A DNA stretch of 64,000 bases from Patescibacteria group bacterium. Lineage in GTDB: Bacteria; Patescibacteriota; Minisyncoccia; Phycocordibacterales; UBA9973. Under the pieces are notes generated by a model. It was not told the origin of the DNA, searched no databases, and saw only the letters and a list, made by a program, of their open reading frames with translations. Both the position numbers and the translations under genes were made by a program. Positions 48,627 to 58,637 of the stretch are shown here, one piece after another. The stretch covers positions 2,247 to 66,246 of the forward strand of contig JAGWLB010000003.1 of the NCBI GenBank assembly GCA_028865035.1, given 5' to 3'. The stretch's first letter is position 1. Each line of letters opens with the position of its first letter.

Positions 48627-48641
48627 ATCTATTTATATGTT

Positions 48642-49673
48642 TTATTTTATTGTCCTCCCTGTCTTGATGACATGGTCTACAAGAGTATGTGTATATGACA
48701 TCTCGTTATCATACCAGCCGAGGACCTTCACAAGATTACCACTGACAACACGAGTCATAGCAAGGTCAGCGATAGATGCGTGAGATTCACCAAGTATATC
48801 GCTTGAGACTAGGGGTTCTTCTGTCACAGCAAAGATTTTACTCCATTGTTCGCTCCCTGCTGCTTTTTTAAGGATTTCATTTACTTCTTCGGCAGTAGTA
48901 TTTTTCTTTGAGATAAAAGTAATATCAACGATAGATCCTGCTGGGACTGGAACACGAAGTGAAATACCATCAAAAAGTCCTTCAAGTTCAGGATAGGCTT
49001 TGGTAACGGCAATGGCTGCACCTGTTGAACTTGGGACAATATTTTGGGCAGCCGCTCGGCCTTCTCTGAGATCTTTTTTACTTGGTCCATCTACAAGAGA
49101 TTGTGAAGCAGTATATCCGTGAGTTGTTGAAAGGACAGCTTTCTCTATGCCTAACGCCTCGTGCAATATGCCTATGAGTGGTGAAGCTGCGTTTGTTGTA
49201 CAAGAACCGTTTGAAGTTATATCACAAGTGCCAAACTTTTCTTCATTAACACCGAGGAGAATTGTCGCACCAGGGACACTTCCATCTCCTTCTTTTGCTG
49301 GAGCAGAAATAACAACTTTCTTAGCACCATCTGCAATATGGAATTGTGATTTATCATAACTTGTAAACAATCCAGTTGATTCAATGACGACATCAATATC
49401 TAAATCTTTCCAAGGGAGTTTGGTAGTATCTCTTTCTGAAATAAAAGTAATTTTCTTACCATCTATCCAAATATCTTTACCGTCGTGTTTTACATCGTGA
49501 CCCCAGTTGTGGTATACAGTATCGTGTTTTAATAAGTATGTAAGACTATCGAGCGAGCCCAAGTCATTGACGGCAATTATGTCTATCTCTTCCCTATCCC
49601 AAGCTATTTTTAAAAAGGCACGACCAATACGCCCGAAACCATTTATTGCTACTTTAATTTTTTTATTTTCCAT
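48642..49673 (-). CDS. gap: Glyceraldehyde-3-phosphate dehydrogenase
   Basis: KVAINGFGRIGR, the SCTTN catalytic Cys, and ASCTTNA-type motifs. 343 aa. Confidence 0.9.
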   Translation of the reverse strand: MENKKIKVAINGFGRIGRAFLKIAWDREEIDIIAVNDLGSLDSLTYLLKHDTVYHNWGHDVKHDGKDIWIDGKKITFISERDTTKLPWKDLDIDVVIESTGLFTSYDKSQFHIADGAKKVVISAPAKEGDGSVPGATILLGVNEEKFGTCDITSNGSCTTNAASPLIGILHEALGIEKAVLSTTHGYTASQSLVDGPSKKDLREGRAAAQNIVPSSTGAAIAVTKAYPELEGLFDGISLRVPVPAGSIVDITFISKKNTTAEEVNEILKKAAGSEQWSKIFAVTEEPLVSSDILGESHASIADLAMTRVVSGNLVKVLGWYDNEMSYTHTLVDHVIKTGRTIK

Positions 49674-49689
49674 TTTTTTATTATATCAC

Positions 49690-49923
49690 TTAGTCGCCAA
49701 TATATTCAAATCGAGGGCCTTTGTAGCCGTCTTTATCTACTTTTTCAAGAAACATTGATTCAGGCCTAGCCCAAACTCTCCAGCCAGAATGCACAGTATC
49801 TGTCTGTCTTTCATAAACCACGAGTAATTCTTCATTTTCTGTATGTTTCGCTAGCGTAATTACCTTATATAAATCACCTTTAAAATGTCTATATATTTGC
49901 CCAGGTTTAATTTCTGTAGCCAT
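49690..49923 (-). CDS. DUF1653-family small protein
   Basis: 77 aa. GQIYRHFKGDLYKV...LVVYE resembles the DUF1653 signature (G-x-YRHYKG-x-Y). Confidence 0.45.
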   Translation of the reverse strand: MATEIKPGQIYRHFKGDLYKVITLAKHTENEELLVVYERQTDTVHSGWRVWARPESMFLEKVDKDGYKGPRFEYIGD

Positions 49924-49929
49924 AAATTA

Positions 49930-51372
49930 TTATTTAATTAATTCTTTTAATAACTTTTGAACAAGAGCAGGATTAGCTGAGCCTTTTGTTTCCTTCATTA
50001 TTTGTCCTACTAGTGACATAAGAGCATTTTCTTTGCCTCCTTTATATGTAGCAACGATATTTGGATTTGAATCTATAACTTTCTGTACTATTTCTTTCAG
50101 AGCATTTTCATCGCTATTTTGTAAAAGATTATTTTCTTTAGCTATTTTCATTGGAGAAGCATCATTAATAACTATCATAGCTAAAATATCCTTTGCTACA
50201 CGTGAAGAGATTTGAGCAAATGACATATTAATTAATTCTGCAAAATTCTCTGGACTAGGTAATTTTACATTAGGGTTTGATTTTTCTAAACCAAGATAAT
50301 CAGAAACCACGTAATTTGATGCGGCCTTAATTGAAGCATCTTTGTCTATAATATATTTTGTCGATAGGATTTTTGCTACATTTTCAAACCAAATACCTAA
50401 TTTTTGATTATTTATATAAACTTCAATATCCTCGTCTTTGATTCCGTAATCATTCTTATATCTAGCACGCTTTTCTGCCGGGAGCTCTGGGAGTTCGTCT
50501 TTTATTTTTTTAATATCAAATATCTTACTTAGATAAAATTTCGGTAAATCTGGATCTGGAAAATAGCGATAATCGTTAGCATTTTCTTTTGAACGTTGTG
50601 AGAATGTAGATTGTTTATTCTCATCCCAGCCACGAGTTTCCTGGACAATTTCTGCACCACGTCCATCTTCAAGTAAATCAATCATACGTTTTATCTCATA
50701 TTCTGCTGCACGCTCAACAGACCGGAAAGAATTTATATTTTTTACCTCTACTTTTGTCCCGAATTTATTTGGATCTGCAGATACAGAAATATTGAGCTCT
50801 ACGCGCATCTGACCTTTGTCCATATTTGCTTCAGACACTCCAAGAGTTCGAAGCAATAATTGTAATTCACGACCGAAATCCCCTGCTTGCTTAGCGCTAT
50901 GTATTACAGGTTCAGTCACTAGCTCCATTAAAGGTACTCCAGAGCGATTAAAATCAACAAGAGAATAACCTATATCGCCTGCCTGCTCAGGCAGGTGCTT
51001 ATTATTAGCCGTATCTTCTTCTAAGTGAACGCGAGTTATTGCTACACCATCTAATTCGCCACCAGAAACAATAGGATATTTGTATTGTGATATCTGGTAA
51101 GCTTTCGGAATATCTGGATAGAAATAATTCTTACGATCGAACTCAGTGAAATCTGCGATACGTGCATTTAAAGCAAGACCAACTTTTATAACACTTAGCA
51201 CGGCGGCCTTGTTAATAACAGGAAGTGTACCTGGATGAGCGGTGCAAACTGGACAAATGTTTGTGTTCGGTTTTTCTTCGTCTGGATTATTTACACAGCC
51301 ACAAAACATTTTAGAATTCGTGTTTAATTCTGCGTGTATCTCAAGCCCGATTGTAGTTGTGTATTTATTCAT
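49930..51372 (-). CDS. gatB: Aspartyl/glutamyl-tRNA(Asn/Gln) amidotransferase subunit B
   Basis: Start MNKYTTTIGLEIHAELNTNSKMFCGC..CPVC..PG.LP at 51372. The track's extension to 51567 reads through a tRNA gene and is rejected. Confidence 0.85.
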   Translation of the reverse strand: MNKYTTTIGLEIHAELNTNSKMFCGCVNNPDEEKPNTNICPVCTAHPGTLPVINKAAVLSVIKVGLALNARIADFTEFDRKNYFYPDIPKAYQISQYKYPIVSGGELDGVAITRVHLEEDTANNKHLPEQAGDIGYSLVDFNRSGVPLMELVTEPVIHSAKQAGDFGRELQLLLRTLGVSEANMDKGQMRVELNISVSADPNKFGTKVEVKNINSFRSVERAAEYEIKRMIDLLEDGRGAEIVQETRGWDENKQSTFSQRSKENANDYRYFPDPDLPKFYLSKIFDIKKIKDELPELPAEKRARYKNDYGIKDEDIEVYINNQKLGIWFENVAKILSTKYIIDKDASIKAASNYVVSDYLGLEKSNPNVKLPSPENFAELINMSFAQISSRVAKDILAMIVINDASPMKIAKENNLLQNSDENALKEIVQKVIDSNPNIVATYKGGKENALMSLVGQIMKETKGSANPALVQKLLKELIK

Positions 51373-51480
51373 AAATGGTGCCCGAGGTGGGCTATCTTTC
51401 CTTACAGGAACTGTATACCTTTTGCATTTTTTTGAAGCAGAGCTTATAAAAAATAAACAAAAGCTTTTCGATCCCCACAC

Positions 51481-51502
51481 GCACGCAAAGCAGTTTGCGT
51501 GC
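51481..51502 (-). terminator. GC-rich hairpin and U-run downstream of tRNA-Leu
   Basis: gcacgcaaa-gcag-tttgcgtgc, a perfect 9-bp stem. On the minus strand it is followed by gcttttgtttatttttt. Confidence 0.5.
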
Positions 51503-51523
51503 TCTCGCGCAAGCTCTGCTTGC

Positions 51524-51608
51524 TGGTGCCCGAGGTGGGAATCGAACCCACATCCCTTACGAGACACGATTTTAAGTCGTGCGCGTATACCAGTTCCGCC
51601 ACTCGGGC
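51524..51608 (-). tRNA. tRNA-Leu (anticodon TAA), class II with long variable arm, CCA encoded
   Basis: Reverse complement GCCCGAGTGGCGGAACTGGTATACGCGCACGACTTAAAATCGTGTCTCGTAAGGGATGTGGGTTCGATTCCCACCTCGGGCACCA: acceptor GCCCGAG/CTCGGGC, anticodon stem CACGA/TCGTG with loop CTTAAAA, long variable arm, T-arm GTGGG-TTCGATT-CCCAC. Confidence 0.75.
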
Positions 51609-51697
51609 AATATAAAAATGCTACGTATAGATAATTACATATTTTTCATACTTTTACAACAAAACATACCTGGACAAAATACAGAATATATTTTGGA

Positions 51698-51943
51698 TTA
51701 ATTCCCTGATGGTGAACTATATTGGTCAAGAGTATTTTCAGATGGTACGCCAAAATAATTCTTAATTTTACCAGTGTTAATTTTATTTTCAATTGTTGCA
51801 GAGTTTATAATTTTAGGATTTGCGCTTATAAAGTGGTTACTAACATACACATAAGCATAAAATAAAACTATTAAAATAATAATAAGGAGGATAAAACCAC
51901 CTGTGTGGAGATGGTTATTCCATTTAGGTTTGATATTATTCAT
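51698..51943 (-). CDS. Small single-TM hypothetical protein
   Basis: 81 aa with an N-terminal TM helix (FILLIIILIVLFYAYVYV). Confidence 0.3.
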   Translation of the reverse strand: MNNIKPKWNNHLHTGGFILLIIILIVLFYAYVYVSNHFISANPKIINSATIENKINTGKIKNYFGVPSENTLDQYSSPSGN

Positions 51944-51960
51944 ATACCAATATTATACCA

Positions 51961-53274
51961 CTATGCATCATTTTTAATCATAGTTGACGTAATTGGTGGT
52001 AAGTAAAGCATAGGATCAAGATATGCCTTCACAGGAGCAATTGGCATAATAAACGTCTTACCATTACAACTTAAACTAGGGACTGTCTGTACACTAGCTC
52101 CTTGAGAAGCATATACGGTGACATGTAAATGAGGTCCTGTTGTGTGTCCAGTATTTCCAGACAATGCTACTACGTCACCAGTTTGAACTTCTTGTCCAGG
52201 TTTAGCTAGTATAACTGACAAGTGTCCATAGGTGCTCGAAAGACCATTATTATATTTTATAAATACCCATTTACCAAATGATGCACCTTTGCAGAACTGA
52301 TCCGTATCTCCAACACCGACAACAGTACCAACAGCCATAGATTTAACGGGAGTACCAATAGATGCTCTAAAATCTACTCCACTATGTGAACCAGATAGAT
52401 AAAGTCTACGAGCAGCTACAGTTCGTCCGAAAAGTTGTGTTATGTAGACATAGTCGAGTGGCCAGGATAAGATACTTGTTCCTTCTGGTGGTAATAAATT
52501 CGGATTAAGTATGAATTGCAGCTGAGCTTCATAATTCTGTAAATCATTCTCAAACTCACTTTTTTGCTTTTGTCTTTCAGCAAGTAATTTTTTATAATTT
52601 GATTCTTTATTTTGTGTTTCTTTGAGTAAAGTATCTTTAGCATTTTTAGTCATATCTATAGCAAGCTTTTTATTAACTAAATCGTCTTTTAGTTTTGTTA
52701 AACTTTGTTGCTCTACAGATTTATTCTTAATAGATATAGCGTTGGCTTCTTTTTGCTGTCTAAGGTCTATTAGATAACTATGAACTTTTTCATTTAAAGA
52801 TAGGATATTATTATATTCACGACTCGCTGAGTTTAGGCTATCATTCAAAAGTAATTTTTCTATCATTGAAGTATTGTCATATTGATTTATACTACGGAAC
52901 ATTTGAGCTAATAATTGCTCGGAATTATTTATAGATTTTTGCTTTAAATCAATGTCACTATTGAGTGTATCAATAGTAAGAGAGGTAGTTGTTATTTTCT
53001 TTTGAGTTAAGTTTAGTTCTTTCGATAACTTTTCCCGAGTTAGATTAAGCTCTTTTATCAGATTAGCAAGAGTGTTTGTTTGTTCACTTGTTTGCGATAT
53101 TTGATCTTGATATTGTGCTATTTCTGCATTTAATGCTTGGATTTGGGAATTTAGATCTGTTATCTTCTGACTGACAGCACTTGCCGTAGATGGAACTGCG
53201 TAACTATTGTGTGGTGCTAAAAATGATAGACATAAGGCAAAAATAACAACAAAAATGTATATTCGAGGTTTCAT
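51961..53274 (-). CDS. M23-family peptidase with an N-terminal coiled coil (EnvC-like murein hydrolase / activator)
   Basis: Signal peptide and a ~230-aa Q/L-rich coiled coil. The C-terminal M23 domain has GVDFRAS.GTPV...YGHLS......GQ.V..GD.V..SGNTGHTTGPHLH. Confidence 0.7.
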   Translation of the reverse strand: MKPRIYIFVVIFALCLSFLAPHNSYAVPSTASAVSQKITDLNSQIQALNAEIAQYQDQISQTSEQTNTLANLIKELNLTREKLSKELNLTQKKITTTSLTIDTLNSDIDLKQKSINNSEQLLAQMFRSINQYDNTSMIEKLLLNDSLNSASREYNNILSLNEKVHSYLIDLRQQKEANAISIKNKSVEQQSLTKLKDDLVNKKLAIDMTKNAKDTLLKETQNKESNYKKLLAERQKQKSEFENDLQNYEAQLQFILNPNLLPPEGTSILSWPLDYVYITQLFGRTVAARRLYLSGSHSGVDFRASIGTPVKSMAVGTVVGVGDTDQFCKGASFGKWVFIKYNNGLSSTYGHLSVILAKPGQEVQTGDVVALSGNTGHTTGPHLHVTVYASQGASVQTVPSLSCNGKTFIMPIAPVKAYLDPMLYLPPITSTMIKNDA

Positions 53275-53299
53275 TAAGTAATATTATACTATAATATTA

Positions 53300-54793
53300 C
53301 TATTTTCGAAGTATCTGTATTGCTAAATTTAAACGAGCTATAGTTTCCTCTTTCCCAAATATTTCTGATAACACAAAAGGATCGGGAGATTTTTCTAGTC
53401 CGGAAAGTGCATAACGCATAGGCCAAAGTATATCCCCGCGACCTATCTCTTCTGTATATGGCCAAATTGATTCTTTAATTTTCTCTTTTGTAAAATCTGT
53501 GTCAGAAATATTATTTAATAATAGAATGACATTGTTTATATATTTAGAAAGTAATTCATATTTATTTGCTTCATTTATTTTTGATGATTTGAAAAATAAA
53601 GAGTTTTTATCATAAACAGGTTGCTCAAAAAAATAATTTAACTCATGATTTCCTGCCATAGATATAATGTCACTCCCTTTTGAAATTCTTTCTAGAATTA
53701 AAGGGGTTATTTTTTTTATCATTTCATCAGTATAGCCAGGTAATTGTTTTATATTTTCAGGTATAAACTTCCTTATATATTTTTCTTGTTCATCGATAGA
53801 TAATAATTTTAGATGTTCTTTGTTTATCCAATCTAATTTTTCAACATTAAATTTACCACCAGAATGATGTATTCTAGCTAAATCAAAAATTTCAACAAAT
53901 TCTTTCGGACTTAAAATTTCTCTTTCATCTTCTGGACTCCAACCTATATAGGCTAAAAAATTAATCATTGCCTCTGGTAGATATCCTTCATCTCTATATT
54001 CTAATATATCTTTTGCTCCATCTCTTTTTCCAAGTTTTTTCTTACCATCTAATGCCATTATAGGTGGAAGAGTGGCCATATGTGGTCTTTCTATATCAAG
54101 TGCATCATATAATGCAAGAAATTTAGGCACTGAAGATATGAATTCATCTGCTCTCATAATATGTGTTACACCCATTTCTAAATCATCAATAATGTGAGCG
54201 AAATTATATGTTGGATAACCATCACTTTTTATCAGAATAAAGTCATCAAGAGCCTCTGGTCCTGCCTTTAGTGTACCTCTAACTTCATCGTGCCATTCAG
54301 TATTTTTTATTTCTTTAATTTTTAAACGCAAAGGCATTGTTCCATCCCAATCAGGTGGGTTCTCTGGTCTATGATTACGATAAAGAAATGGTATTTTTTC
54401 ATTCTCAGCTTTTTTTCTAAAAGCATTTAATTCTTCTTCTGTATATGGGTCAGCATAAGCTAATCCTTTTTCTATTAAAATATTTGCGTATTTTTTATAA
54501 ATATTAAGTCGTTCTGATTGCAAATATGGCATATGAGGTCCACCAATATCCGGTCCTTCGTCCCAATTAATACCCAACCATTTTAATGTTTCGATAATAT
54601 GGTTTATAGAACCTTTAACTTCCCTATCTTTATCTGTATCCTCTATACGAAGAATAAAAGTTCCATTATATTTACGTGCATACGCCCAAGCATAAAGAGC
54701 TGTACGTACGCCGCCTATGTGCATATACCCAGTGGGAGATGGAGCAAAACGAGTTACAACTTTTTCTTTATTTATATTCATATTATGATTCAT
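53300..54793 (-). CDS. gltX: Glutamyl-tRNA synthetase
   Basis: VVTRFAPSPTGYMHIGGVRTALY (HIGH) and a KMSKS-like region. 497 aa. Confidence 0.85.
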   Translation of the reverse strand: MNHNMNINKEKVVTRFAPSPTGYMHIGGVRTALYAWAYARKYNGTFILRIEDTDKDREVKGSINHIIETLKWLGINWDEGPDIGGPHMPYLQSERLNIYKKYANILIEKGLAYADPYTEEELNAFRKKAENEKIPFLYRNHRPENPPDWDGTMPLRLKIKEIKNTEWHDEVRGTLKAGPEALDDFILIKSDGYPTYNFAHIIDDLEMGVTHIMRADEFISSVPKFLALYDALDIERPHMATLPPIMALDGKKKLGKRDGAKDILEYRDEGYLPEAMINFLAYIGWSPEDEREILSPKEFVEIFDLARIHHSGGKFNVEKLDWINKEHLKLLSIDEQEKYIRKFIPENIKQLPGYTDEMIKKITPLILERISKGSDIISMAGNHELNYFFEQPVYDKNSLFFKSSKINEANKYELLSKYINNVILLLNNISDTDFTKEKIKESIWPYTEEIGRGDILWPMRYALSGLEKSPDPFVLSEIFGKEETIARLNLAIQILRK

Positions 54794-55910
54794 GGCTTAG
54801 TGCAATATCAATCGCCATTTGTGCTATCTTCATAGCTGCATCAGGTTTGGCGAAAGCAACAGCACTGTTTTTCATTTGTAGTAATTTATCCTTATCTTCT
54901 AAAAGCTTGTCTATCTCTGCTACTAGAACGTGCGGGGTAAGATTACTTTCTTCTATAACTTTACAAGCTCCACTACGTGCGTAACTAAAGGCGTTAATAC
55001 GTTGGTGATCACCATTTGATTTAGTAATAGGAATGATAATAGATGGTACACCCCAAGATGCAATTTCAAAAATAGAAGATCCGGCTCTAGAAATAACAAG
55101 ATTAGCTGCTCCAGCCGCCATACGTATAGTAAGGTTGTTTAGGTAAGGTATTGGTTTATATCTAGCAATATTTTTATCATTTTCTAAGATTAGTTTAGAA
55201 CGTAGGATTACATCATCATATAATTTTTTACCTGTTTGATGTATAACTTGATATTTCAAAAGTAATTGAGGCAAAATATCAATAATTGCATTATTAATAA
55301 TATCAGCACCTTGCGAACCTCCATAAATAAATATTACAGGTAAACCAGGTGTTAGTTTAAAAAATTCAATAGCTCCTTCCGGGCTACCGTGTAGAATTGC
55401 TTTTCTCATAGGTTGACCAACTACAGCAGTTTTATCTTTTGGAAGCTTATCAAATGCTTCAGGCCACGACACAGCGACATATTTGGCAAACTTAGATGTC
55501 CATAGATTTAATCTCCCTGGATAAGAATCTGATTCATGCATAATAACTGGTATACGAAGAATTCTGGCAGCAAAAACTGCTGGAAATGCAGCATATCCAC
55601 CTTTTGAGATAACAACATCGGGATATATAAAAAACATACTCAATAAACCAAAGAAAACGCCTGTCGCAGTTTTAATAAGATCAAAGAAATTTTTAATTGA
55701 AAAGTAAAGACGCATCTTACCTGCAGGTATTTGGACAAATGTTATTCTATTCTCAAAAAGCATATGTTTATCATATGGTTCGCTAGACATGTAATATAGT
55801 TTCAAATCTATAATTTTTTGCTTATGAGAAAGTTCATTAAGTTCTTCAGCTATAGCTATAAGTGGATAGAAATGACCTCCTGTTCCCCCACCTGTAAGTA
55901 ATATTTTCAT
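54783..55910 (-). CDS. murG: UDP-N-acetylglucosamine--N-acetylmuramyl-(pentapeptide) pyrophosphoryl-undecaprenol N-acetylglucosamine transferase
   Basis: MKILLTGGGTGGHFYP N-terminus, a GT28 C-terminal domain, and placement after ftsW. Confidence 0.8.
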   Translation of the reverse strand: MKILLTGGGTGGHFYPLIAIAEELNELSHKQKIIDLKLYYMSSEPYDKHMLFENRITFVQIPAGKMRLYFSIKNFFDLIKTATGVFFGLLSMFFIYPDVVISKGGYAAFPAVFAARILRIPVIMHESDSYPGRLNLWTSKFAKYVAVSWPEAFDKLPKDKTAVVGQPMRKAILHGSPEGAIEFFKLTPGLPVIFIYGGSQGADIINNAIIDILPQLLLKYQVIHQTGKKLYDDVILRSKLILENDKNIARYKPIPYLNNLTIRMAAGAANLVISRAGSSIFEIASWGVPSIIIPITKSNGDHQRINAFSYARSGACKVIEESNLTPHVLVAEIDKLLEDKDKLLQMKNSAVAFAKPDAAMKIAQMAIDIALSHES

Positions 55911-55943
55911 ATTCCGTATTGTAGCGTATTTAAACCCACTTTT

Positions 55944-57047
55944 CTAGTTATATTTTTTTTCAAACCTTGAAATATTTAATATGATACCCATTGTACCGAG
56001 TGAAATAAGCAGATTTGTGCCACCGTGGCTTATAAACACAAGAGGCACACCAGTTAGAGGGAAAACCCCAATAATAGATGCTATGTTCATAAATGATTCA
56101 GCTGTAATCATAGTTATAATGCCTATTATAAGTAACTTACTAAATGAATCAGGAGCATAGTACGCAATCTTATAACCCCTAAGAGTAAAGATTAAATACA
56201 TAATTATAATTATAAAAGTTCCCAAAAATCCAAGTTCTTCTCCTATAACAGCAAATATAGAATCTCCTTGTGGCTCTGGTAAATAATTAAATTTTTGAAT
56301 ACTTTGACCAAGTCCTCTACCAAAAAATCCTCCAGAACCAACAGCTATAAGAGATTGTTGTAATTGATATGATGTAGTACTACCATTTTTATTTGGATTT
56401 ATAAAAGTGTTTATCCTACCCATAAGATATGGTTTGAAAGATATTAGAATAATAAAACCAATAAGACTAACACCAAGTAATCCGAATATATATTTATATT
56501 CAACCCCAGATACCAACAACATAACTAGAGCTGCTGTAATTATGAGTATGAGGCTTTTTGTATCAGGTTGTTTAAGTAAAACAAGAGCAATAATTCCTAT
56601 TAAAAACAAGAGTGGCATTATACTGTAGCGTATATCATTAACCCTATTTTTTACCCAGGATAGCCATGCGGCAAAATAAATAATAAAACCAACCTTTAGA
56701 AATTCAACTGGTTGAAATGAGAAACCTAGAATATCTACCCATCGACGTGCGCCACCATGTAAGAATCCAAGGTGTGGTACAAACACAAGTGTAGTTAATA
56801 TTATAGATATTATAAAAATCGGTAACGAATATTTTCTCCAAAATTTGTATTGTATTTTAAAACCAATATACATAGCGACAAGTCCACCGAATAGCCCAAA
56901 AATAAATTGTGATTCTAAAACAGAGTAAAATTTTGCTTGATTTTTCGCTAAAATGCCGAGCGATGCAGAGGTAAAAGTTATCACACCGATAACCACAAGT
57001 GCAATAACAATACCAAAAAATATTCTATCTATTCCTTGTCTTTTCAT
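55944..57047 (-). CDS. ftsW: SEDS-family peptidoglycan polymerase (FtsW/RodA)
   Basis: 10-TM protein with a conserved large periplasmic loop and the GSGGF-like region (GSGGFFGRGLGQS). 367 aa, between mraY and murG. Confidence 0.75.
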   Translation of the reverse strand: MKRQGIDRIFFGIVIALVVIGVITFTSASLGILAKNQAKFYSVLESQFIFGLFGGLVAMYIGFKIQYKFWRKYSLPIFIISIILTTLVFVPHLGFLHGGARRWVDILGFSFQPVEFLKVGFIIYFAAWLSWVKNRVNDIRYSIMPLLFLIGIIALVLLKQPDTKSLILIITAALVMLLVSGVEYKYIFGLLGVSLIGFIILISFKPYLMGRINTFINPNKNGSTTSYQLQQSLIAVGSGGFFGRGLGQSIQKFNYLPEPQGDSIFAVIGEELGFLGTFIIIIMYLIFTLRGYKIAYYAPDSFSKLLIIGIITMITAESFMNIASIIGVFPLTGVPLVFISHGGTNLLISLGTMGIILNISRFEKKYN

Positions 57048-58096
57048 TAGCTAATTAATGAAATTATAACTCCTACTATAGAGGTTATAACTCCTACTAT
57101 CCAATAACGCATAGTCACTTTATATTTCGGCCAGCCAAGCGCTTCAAAATGATGGTGGAGTGGAGCAAAAAGAAATACCTTTTTATTATGGAAAAACTTC
57201 CTAGCAACCATTTGTATAATAACCGACACAGAAGTAATAAATAATGGGAATGCAATTATAGGCAAAAGCAAAACAGTATTTGTCAGAAATGCTACAACAG
57301 CAAGAGTGACTGTTAGTCCTATCATACCGGTTTCACCCATATAGAAACGCGCAGGTGGTATGTTAAACCATAAAAAAGCTAAAATACCACCAGTCACAAC
57401 AGCACAAAATGCGGCCAAATCTACTTGATTGTTAAAAAATGCTATTAAAGCATAACTAGCGAAAATTGAAGCCATTACTCCTCCAGACAAACCATCTACA
57501 CCATCGATAACACTAGTAGACCAAACTCCCATCATTATTAGTATGAAAAATGGTATAAAAACATAACCTAATTCTACAAACCCATACCAAGGTATATAAA
57601 TATTTGAAACTCCAAGTTTAAAGAAAAACCAAAAACTTATTATTAATCCGAGTAAAATAATGATACTTAATTTAATATAACGTAGTTTAATTGGGTCAGT
57701 TGTCCATTTATTTCCACCAAAAATTTGCAATAAATCATCACTTAGACCTATCAATGAAGCCATAATTAAAGTAAATAATGGAAGCAAAGTTTGATTGCGA
57801 CTAATAAAATATAATTTTGTAGTTAAATCATTGTGGATAATAAGATCGAATATTCCAAAAATAAAAATTGTAATAATTATAGAAATCCATATAATCATAC
57901 CTCCTGTGCGAGGAGTAGATAATTCAGCAACTTCATCATGTATATTTTGGAATGTTTCTCCAGGGACATTGTTATTCCTCGATACTTTACGCCACATTTT
58001 ATATTTATAAAAATAGTGAGTTGCTATAGGTGTGAGGATAATACCCACAATAAAACTTACAGCAGCTGGTAATAATATTTTAATGGCGTTATTCAT
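57047..58096 (-). CDS. mraY: Phospho-N-acetylmuramoyl-pentapeptide transferase
   Basis: Polytopic. DD motif (LIGLSDDLL), VIDGVDGLSGG, and a terminal FAPLHHHFE. 349 aa. Confidence 0.75.
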   Translation of the reverse strand: MNNAIKILLPAAVSFIVGIILTPIATHYFYKYKMWRKVSRNNNVPGETFQNIHDEVAELSTPRTGGMIIWISIIITIFIFGIFDLIIHNDLTTKLYFISRNQTLLPLFTLIMASLIGLSDDLLQIFGGNKWTTDPIKLRYIKLSIIILLGLIISFWFFFKLGVSNIYIPWYGFVELGYVFIPFFILIMMGVWSTSVIDGVDGLSGGVMASIFASYALIAFFNNQVDLAAFCAVVTGGILAFLWFNIPPARFYMGETGMIGLTVTLAVVAFLTNTVLLLPIIAFPLFITSVSVIIQMVARKFFHNKKVFLFAPLHHHFEALGWPKYKVTMRYWIVGVITSIVGVIISLIS

Positions 58097-58628
58097 TATT
58101 TTCGTTTTGATTAATTACTTTTTCTAATTCATTTTTTATTTTTTCATAATTTGGAAGACCCTCTACTGAAGATACTCCCATATATGATAATGTTTCAAAA
58201 GTGGGACGATATAATACTTTTCTACTATCATTAGCATCAACAACTTTTTCAATTAGGCCACGTACAAGTAAGTTACGTAATATAAAGCTTGAATTTACTC
58301 CTCTTATATAATCAATTTCGCTTCTTGATATTGCGTTTCTGTATAAAATAATAGAAAGAGTTTCAAGTGAGGCTTTTGATAGCTCATGAGTAATCTCTTC
58401 TTTACGAATAGATTCGATAAGTGGACTTAGATCTGAAGCTACACCAAGTAAAACTGAATTATCTTTTCTCACAAGAACCAAGCCTCTACCATTTAATGAT
58501 TGTTCTAATTTAATTAAAGATTGCTCTATTTGTTGTTCGTCTACATTTAAAAGTTCAGATAATTTCTTAATAGAAACATCTTCGCCTTTATAAAATAGTA
58601 ATCCTTCAATTTTTGATTCTAATTCCAT
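58089..58628 (-). CDS. scpB: Segregation and condensation protein B
   Basis: IEGLLFYKGEDVSIKKLSELL... with two winged-helix repeats. 179 aa, follows scpA. Confidence 0.8.
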   Translation of the reverse strand: MELESKIEGLLFYKGEDVSIKKLSELLNVDEQQIEQSLIKLEQSLNGRGLVLVRKDNSVLLGVASDLSPLIESIRKEEITHELSKASLETLSIILYRNAISRSEIDYIRGVNSSFILRNLLVRGLIEKVVDANDSRKVLYRPTFETLSYMGVSSVEGLPNYEKIKNELEKVINQNENNE

Positions 58629-58637
58629 ATAATATAT

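Noticed and set aside
49930-51567. N-terminal extension of the gatB ORF (MSRKGCGFDSH...), giving 545 aa in the track
   Set aside because: The extension reads through the tRNA-Leu gene and the GC hairpin. The conserved GatB N-terminus MNKYTTTIGLEIH begins at the ATG at 51372.
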